From the NCBI GenBank assembly GCA_051294375.1, contig CM119270.1, forward strand, positions 3,669,957-3,733,956: DNA of 64,000 nt, written 5' to 3'. Below are positions 56,770 through 64,000 of this stretch, one piece after another. Below the pieces are notes generated by a model. That model saw nothing but the letters and a program-made list of their open reading frames with translations. It searched no databases and had not been told where the DNA came from. The position numbers and the translations under genes were made by a program. Within the stretch, counting starts at the first letter, position 1. The number at the start of each line of letters is the position of its first letter. The DNA comes from Paraspadella gotoi (Eukaryota; Animalia; Chaetognatha).

Positions 56770-57512
56770 TTTGTAATATTTAATATTAATTAAAAAGGAA
56801 AGAGATCGAGACTGAGAGAGAGAGAGAGAGAGAGAAAGAAAGAGAGAAAGAGAAAGAGATAGAGAGAGAAAGAGAGAGAGAAAGATATTCACATGTGCTA
56901 GGCGAAACAACATATAAATCTTTTATTCATAAAAGCTTAAATATTTCGTACATTTTGTAAACTGTATCTTTAATACGTGACTTGAGTATAAATTCGTGAT
57001 GGCGCGTAAAAGTTTAATGATTTAAAAGTAACAGAACGTTGAAGCGAGAAGAGTGAAAAAAAAGCGCTCTCAATATTTGATTTGTTAAATGGCAAAATGG
57101 CTAATGTTGCATTTGTAGGTTTTTCATGTCAAATGATGTTATTTTTTATTTAATGGAAAGAATCAGTAATTAGGAAGTAATAAAACTGAAAACTGAATGT
57201 TCCGCAGACAACAAATTTCTGACAACAAATTTGCTGACAATACGATTTAATGCTGACAACAGAAAATAGACGGCAAATATCTCAGCCGATAGGTAAAAGA
57301 ATGTCTTTCCCGATGTTATGTTTTATTAAAAAAGGAAATAATGATAATTCTCATGTCAATTATCGGGTTTTTTCCTGACACAATACTAAAACGAAGACTA
57401 TCCTACGATTTTTTTATGACCTAACGTTTTCTAAGAATATCATAAAAAAAATATTACGCGAAGGTTTACTTGCGACATTCAATCGCTTTTTCGAGAGAGA
57501 ATCTTTAAAAAG

Positions 57513-57568
<56 letters not shown>

Positions 57569-57789
57569 ATGTTTCCTCCGATGTTCTGGCAATTTTCTCT
57601 CGAAATATCATCTCCATAAACTTGAGCCTGTGACTCCGCGGGTGGGAGGATTTTGGGGACTCGTGGTAGGAATAATAGGGGGTCTCGTGGTAGAAAGGAA
57701 AGGAGATCTCGTGGTGAGGAGGAAGAAATGAGGTAAGTTCGTCAGAGGAAAAGAGACGAAGGTTTGAGAGGAATAGAGGAAACCAACGG

Positions 57790-58148
57790 GGCCCTCTTTT
57801 CCAAAATCGACCCGTTTCAACTTAAATTTTTTTAATTAATTAACGTCAGGAATGAAAAGTTTGTTGAGGATTTAAATTATGGATTAGGTTTATGGATTAG
57901 GTTAAATTATATTAAATTAAATTAATTTTTTTGATTAATTAACGTTAGTTGGTTGAAGATTTAAATTATGAATTAGGTTTATGGATTAGGTTAAATTAAA
58001 TTTAATTAAATTAGATTAAATTTAATTATGGATTAGGTTAGGATAAAGAATATGGATTAGGGATTTTATTAAACTTACGAAAAAGTTTAGTGCTATATAT
58101 TAAAATTTGGAATTTAGGGTAAATGGGGCGCTCTCGGAAAATAGTGCC
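57790..58148. mobile_element. MITE-like element with 28-bp imperfect TIRs and (GGATTA/GGTTA) interior
   Basis: 57790-57817 ggccctcttttccaaaatcgacccgttt vs reverse complement of 58121-58148 ggcactattttccgagagcgccccattt: 21/28 identical, ungapped. Interior has ggattaggtttatggattaggtt repeats. Confidence 0.65.
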
Positions 58149-58834
58149 GTTCTTAAGAAGTGGTTACCTAACGCGTAGTAGTTTCCAGTTTCCACTCAAT
58201 AAAACGTAAAAAGAATCGATTAATTTTTATGTTTTTTTATAATGAATTTAGTGATAAGGACGCGCGCGGATTCTCGGTTCACCCAGGATAAAATCTGGCG
58301 CAAAACGACGATCCCCCTTATCTCTCTCTGTCTCTCTCTCTCTCTTTCTCTCTTTCNNNNNNNNNNNNNNNNNNNNNNNNNNNNNNNNNNNNNNNNNNNN
58401 NNNNNNNNNNNNNNNNNNNNNNNNNNNNNNNNNNNNNNNNNNNNNNNNNNNNNNNNNNNNNNNNNNNNNNNNNNNNNNNNNNNNNNNNNNNNNNNNNNNN
58501 NNNNNNNNNNNNNNNNNNNNNNNNNNNNNNNNNNNNNNNNNNNNNNNNNNNNNNNNNNNNNNNNNNNNNNNNNNNNNNNNNNNNNNNNNNNNNNNNNNNN
58601 NNNNNNNNNNNNNNCTCTCTCTCTCTCTCTCTCTGTTATTCCACGAGGAAATCGGGCGAGAAATGAAAGCATCGGAAAACGCGAACCCAAAATATGCAAA
58701 TGTCGTTAAGCGGTTGTTTTGACGACAACTGATGACATTGTTTTTGTAAACGGGTATAACGAGCGAATATTTGAAAACGGGTTCATTTTTTTTATATTTT
58801 CGTTACGTTTTATCCTTAAATATGTTTTAATATC

Positions 58835-58957
58835 CTGATAAACTAGACTCAGAGAATCTTGATTGAAAGCTTGCAGGGTCTCGCTATGTTATCATCTTGT
58901 AAGAGGGATAGACACCGAAACCCACCATAGCCTGTTAAAAGTTCAGGGATAGATAGC
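58835..58957 (+). repeat. Dispersed ~125-bp structured repeat, copy 2
   Basis: ctgataa-actagact..aatcttgatt-gaaagctt; collinear with 49584-49709. Confidence 0.7.
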
Positions 58958-59081
58958 ATGTATGTTAATTTTCATAATATTTATACTTCAGATCTTTTTT
59001 TCTGGCTCTACTTTTTTTTTGTTCCCGTTCCGTTTTTTTTTTCTACTCACGTTTTTCTAATCCCCTCCCTAAAAATACATC

Positions 59082-59084
<3 letters not shown>

Positions 59085-59154
<70 letters not shown>

Positions 59155-60410
59155 TCACTTCTCGGTGTCTCCTTGTCTATCTTTCCCCTCCTCTCCCCCT
59201 CTTCTTATCTCCTCCTCCTTCCCCTCTCTCCTTTCCCATAATCCCTCCCCCTTCTACTTTCCTTATCTCGTTCCAGAGGCATTCAAATTGTGTCATCGTC
59301 TCTCGACGCGACTTATTTTTCATCCAAACACTTTGCTGCGATTCTGCCTCTTCCTCCTCCTCCTCTTCTTCCTCTTCCTCTTCCTCCTCCTCCTTTCTCT
59401 TTCCAGTTTTCCTTCTTTCCTTTTTTTTACCCTTTCCTCCCATTCACTTACTCTCTTTCTACTTCCTTTTTCTACTTTTTCTTTATCTAATTTTTTCACT
59501 ATTGGTTCCTATATTTTTTACTCTCCTTTCCTTTCCTCTGCTCCTTTCCTTTCTTCTCTTTTGCCTCTCCTTTCCGTTTCTTTCTTTTCCTCTCCTTTCA
59601 TTTTCTTTTATTTCTTTTCATTTTCTCTTTTTTCCTCCCCTCTCCTCTACTTTCCTTTCCTTTCCTTTCCTGTTACCTTTTCCTTTCCTTTCCTTTCCTT
59701 ATCCTTTCCTTTCCTTTCCGTTTCCTTTTCTTTTCTCTCTCTCTCTTCCTCTTCCTCTCCTTCTCTCTCCTCTTCTTCCTTTCCTTTCCTTTCCTTTCCT
59801 TTCCTTTTCTTTTACTTTTCTTTCCTTTCTTTTCCTTTTTTTTCTTTCCTTTCCTTTCTTATTCTTTCCGTTCCTTTTCTTTCCTCTTTTTCCTTTCCTT
59901 TTTCCGTCACTTTTCTCCGCTCTCCTTCTTTCTCTTCTTCCGCTACTGACTGACGAAAATGTCCCAGTCCGAATAACAACAACGACGACAACAACGACGA
60001 CGACAAGATGGCGTCGTCTGACGTCGATATTCACTTCTTCAGACACAAACAAAAACCGCATCGACCGCGGGAGTCGCTTAACAGCGTCGCCCCCCCTATT
60101 CACCTCCTTTTTTAACCTCTCCATCTTCTCACCAGATCTCCCCTCTCTCTCCCCCTTTCCCCTCCCTCCCTCTTTCTCTTCCTCCTTCCTCACTCTCTTC
60201 CTCTCTTTCTTTCTTCTCCCTTCCTCTCTTCCTCCCTATCTTTCTCCTCCCTCCCTCTCTTCCTCCCTCTCTTTCTCTTCCCTCCCTCTCTCTCTTCCTC
60301 CCTCTCTTCTTCCCTCTCTTCATCCATCTCTTCCTCCATCACTTCCTCCTCCTTCCCTTTCTCTCTTCCTCCCTCTCTTCCTCCTCCCTCCCTCTCTCTC
60401 TTCCCCGCCG
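59085..60410. repeat. Long polypyrimidine low-complexity region ((CT)n, (TTTCC)n, (CCCT)n)
   Basis: Direct inspection. Confidence 0.92.
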
Positions 60411-61551
60411 CTCGTAGAAAAGAAGGCATCCCATTCCAGAATTCTGTTTAGCTTCTTTATCTTTTCGGGAGGAGAGAGAGAGAGAGAGAAGAGAGAGAGG
60501 AGATGGAGAAGGAGAGATGAGATGCTCGAGACAGAGAGAGAGAGGAAGGAGAGAGAGAGAGAGAGAGAGAGAGTCAGTGGAGGGAATTAAAAGAGGCGAT
60601 TCCAGGCGTTCGCTTTCGCGGCCGTCGGACGTTCGTCTTCCGCAAAACAAAAACGAAAAACATTTTTGTTTTTCAAGAAGAAAAACAATTTTTTTTCTTT
60701 CTTTTTTTTCTTTCTTTTTTTTTTTTAAGGACAACACCACGAATTTTTTTCTTATCAAAGAAAAGACTTTCGTTTTTTTATCCTTTCTCTTTCATGTGAA
60801 ACTTGACGCTCCTTGTCGTTATTGTCGTCGTCGTCGTCGTCATCGTCATAATCGTCGTCGTCATCGTCATAATCGTCGTCGTCGTCAGCATCGTCGTCGT
60901 CGTCGTCGTGGTTTAACGATACCATTGACTGAGTTCGCGTTGGGGTTGAAAACTGTCTCTCGAAGAGACGAGGTCGGAGCTGAAGTCGGAGAACAAGTCG
61001 GAGTCACAGTAAGATTCAAAGTAGGAGTCGGAGTCGCAGGAGTCTGGGCCGCAGTGGCTCATGTAAGAAAGCCGCCAGCTTAAGGCCACTGGGTTCTCGG
61101 TTCAAGGTTGTTTACGGCCGCTCTTTCACGCTACCCTCGTAGCACCGGCTTCGGATTGGATCGGTTTACTCAATGAGCCAAGCGATTGTAGAAAATTTGG
61201 TCAATACCGGCGAGTATGAGAATTCGAGATCGGCCGGTGAACTTGCTTTAACATGGGTCCTTATTTTGTGCCTCTCCAAATCACGAGACATGAGAAAATC
61301 ACGAATAAATCCAGAAAATCTTAGATAAATTTTAAACGATCATTTAAGAAATTTTAAACAATTAATGGAGACTTTTACAATTTTAACTTCCCTTGCGATG
61401 AAATCTCACAAATCACGAAATCCCGGATGAAGGATCGAGTGAAAAAAACCTTCACGAATCCGCGTCACTGAATGTGTGAACGAGACGAAGTGATCCTCTC
61501 GTTAGCGTCTGACAATCTGAGAGATCTAGTTGACGTTTCTCTTCACCGTTG

Positions 61552-61581
61552 GAGGCGGCGGCGGAGGACGCCGCGGAGGAC

Positions 61582-61648
<67 letters not shown>
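61552..61648. repeat. (GGC)n trinucleotide repeat
   Basis: Direct inspection; uninterrupted from ~61581. Confidence 0.97.
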
Positions 61649-62130
61649 AATTTCCTTCTTCTCATTTATGTTTTTTCGTGTCTCTGCCCGCTTGCCACGC
61701 CCACCAGGATGTAAAGTCACCGCTCACATCTCGGTGATACCTTACCACGAACTTCCCGAATCGCCCACCATAAATCACACCTCTGCCTTTCTACCCTCCA
61801 TTCCCCACATCCTACGTACCACGATTCCATCAAATCTTTCATACTTCGATCACTTTCGGTTCCATTCGTCGCCTCATTAGCGTCGTCACGTGTTTCCGGT
61901 TTCACACAATTATTTCACAGTCTCACAATCACGCAGTGAAGAATTGCCCAGACAAAAAGAATCACAGAATAATTGGTTAACAGAATCACGCATTCACCAA
62001 CAGAATAATATAGTCATGAGTTCGAATTGGAAAGAAAATCTCGAACAGAACAAACAATTCTGCAATTAATTAACCGACTGTTGTTGTACAGTTGTACACT
62101 CGAGCGACTGCATCTCGTTTTCATCGTTAC

Positions 62131-62222
62131 AGCGCATCCCAAAATCGTGGTCGCATCATAACAGCACATGCCAACATCATGGTCGCATCATTAGAGCGGA
62201 TCCCAACATCATGGTCGCATCT
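62131..62222. repeat. Three ~31-bp tandem units (gcatcccaacatcatggtcgcatcat...)
   Basis: ggtcgcatc recurs at ~62149, 62181 and 62213. Confidence 0.8.
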
Positions 62223-62262
62223 TTTCCGAGAACTAAGCAAACGCTTTTTTTGTTTTGGCAGA

Positions 62263-62326
<64 letters not shown>
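62263..62326. repeat. (GAC)n microsatellite
   Basis: Direct inspection. Confidence 0.97.
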
Positions 62327-63647
62327 TAGACGATGGGCACCATAAACAAGATGACAACAACAAAAGAAGTGGACTATGACGACAATAAACAAGTAGACGA
62401 CGACGACGACGACGAAGTCAATTGTTATTCCGTCGGCAATTTCAAAGTTAGTGACGCCGTTAGAGAACTTCATCTTTGTTTTGGAGCCAATAATTGAGTA
62501 GTCGGACCGTCGGTCTCTTCAAAAGAGAGGCGGTCAATATTGAGGAATGAGGACCCGCCGTGGAAACTCCGTCTCAGTTAGGGCACTATTGGAGACTCGA
62601 TCTCAGCTATGCGTTATGGAAACGCCATTTTAGATATGCATTTCGAAGACATAATCTAAGATATGGCAATATGGAGATGCCATCGTTATGTAGAGAGCAA
62701 AATCATTATACCCGACACGCTGAATTTTGAACTCTCGACTCTTTCGACGCCTTTATCGTTTGGTCGAAAGTTAAATCTCCGCTAGAGGCCGTTAATGCCC
62801 GCATAGCCGCTGCCGATGCCGCTGCCGCCGCCACCGCCGCTGCCGCCGCACGACGCACGACGCCGGCTCAACACCAGCAAGTCCCTCGTCCCATTTTTTA
62901 TTATTTTTAACTCATTCAGGTTTTGTTTTGTTTTATTTTTTTTTTAATTCGATCGTGGATTTTCAAACCCGGCCCTTACTCCTCCCCCTCGCCACCGTCC
63001 CCCCACTCCACCCCCCTCGCCACCCCCCCCCAAAAAAAAAACGGAATCAAAAGAGAAAAATAGGATTTTTTTTTCCATCGTTGATCGTTTTCGGTCTTCG
63101 TTGTCTCATTTTTGTTTTGTTGTTGTTGTTTTTCGTCAGTTTTGTCGTTGTCGTCGTTGTTGTGGGGTTTTTTTTTCGTAATAGTTTCGGTTGGAGTCTT
63201 TTGTTTAATGTTTATCCGTCGTTGTTTGTCGCCGCTAGATCGCAGTCACGTCGTCTTTAGTTAATGAACGTTTTGAGGACGATGTTGTCGTTTGTTGTCG
63301 TCGTCGTCGTCGTCTTTCTATAGGTACAACTATATATTAAAAGTACTTATTATAAAACTACGGATGAATGCCATTTCAAACGCGTCAGACGAGAAAGAAA
63401 TAGAATAACCCAACGAAATATATAAATATTATCTATTGTAAATTGATATTAAAAAAAGGACTAAGTCCTATTCACTACGTCTGTTTCTGATGAGCGGATT
63501 TTATTATTGAGAATTCTGATAGGAAATTGGAGTTTTGATTAAGATCTGATTTGATTCTGATAATAACATTCTCGACCCCAAAGCAAAAAGGTAAGGACGG
63601 CCAAAGGCATCAGAAATTAAAGAAAGGCGTACGGAAATAAGTAATCA

Positions 63648-63700
63648 TTATTTATTATATTATATTATATTATATTATATTATATTATATTATTATATTA
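63648..63700. repeat. (ATATT)n microsatellite
   Basis: Direct inspection. Confidence 0.95.
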
Positions 63701-64000
63701 AATCACAAACCACGACAAATGTTTCGCAAAAGTTTATACGTGTCCAACATTTCGATGCGGAAAATAGTTATTGTTACATACGAAGGAACTACAAAATGAA
63801 ACGGGAAATGAAGTTTGTTTACTTTTAAAGATTATATAACGAAGGAAAAAAAATTAATAAAAAAACCAAAAAAAAAAAGATCGAACGTTTTAGGTATCGA
63901 TTTGACGTCGCCGTTGGTTTTTTGTTTGTTTATTTTCTTCGAGGTCGTCGTTTTTGGTAAACAAAAAATAAAAATTCCGGGGAAACTTAGTTTAAAACTG

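Noticed and set aside
63487-63530. CTGATGAG...GAAA as a hammerhead ribozyme
   Set aside because: No convincing stem II closing onto GAAA and no stem I/III pairing.

Overview
Eukaryotic nuclear DNA, probably from an invertebrate animal (AT-rich, no obvious CpG depletion, very dense AG/AAAG/AAAT/GAC/GGC microsatellites). It comes from a noisy draft assembly. Seven exactly-25-N spacers separate blocks that repeat each other with indel-type noise: 1-14.1 kb is roughly repeated at 24.2-39.9 kb, and 28.24-30.75 kb is repeated at 30.78-33.3 kb. Much of the left two-thirds is therefore probably redundant, uncorrected long-read gap fill. Almost all ORFs in the supplied track are simple-repeat artefacts. 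Supportable biology: (1) a near full-length, frameshifted Jockey/I-type LINE on the minus strand (~50990-56768) with ORF1 Cys/His remnants, APE endonuclease, RT motifs and an Inr+DPE-like internal promoter; (2) error-riddled minus-strand exons of an MFS (SLC18/DHA1-like) transporter at ~15.1-18.1 kb; (3) a small TIR (MITE-like) family with a TTAGG-like interior; (4) GC-rich plus-strand exon candidates ending in splice donors; (5) two diverged copies of a ~125-bp structured repeat with a degenerate minimal-hammerhead-like motif; (6) an indel-free 15-bp-period tract that reads as a pentapeptide-repeat-like peptide; (7) many minisatellites. I see no CRISPR array, rRNA, tRNA or prokaryotic operon, and I cannot support a confidently novel multi-gene system. 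All alignments and translations were done by eye.
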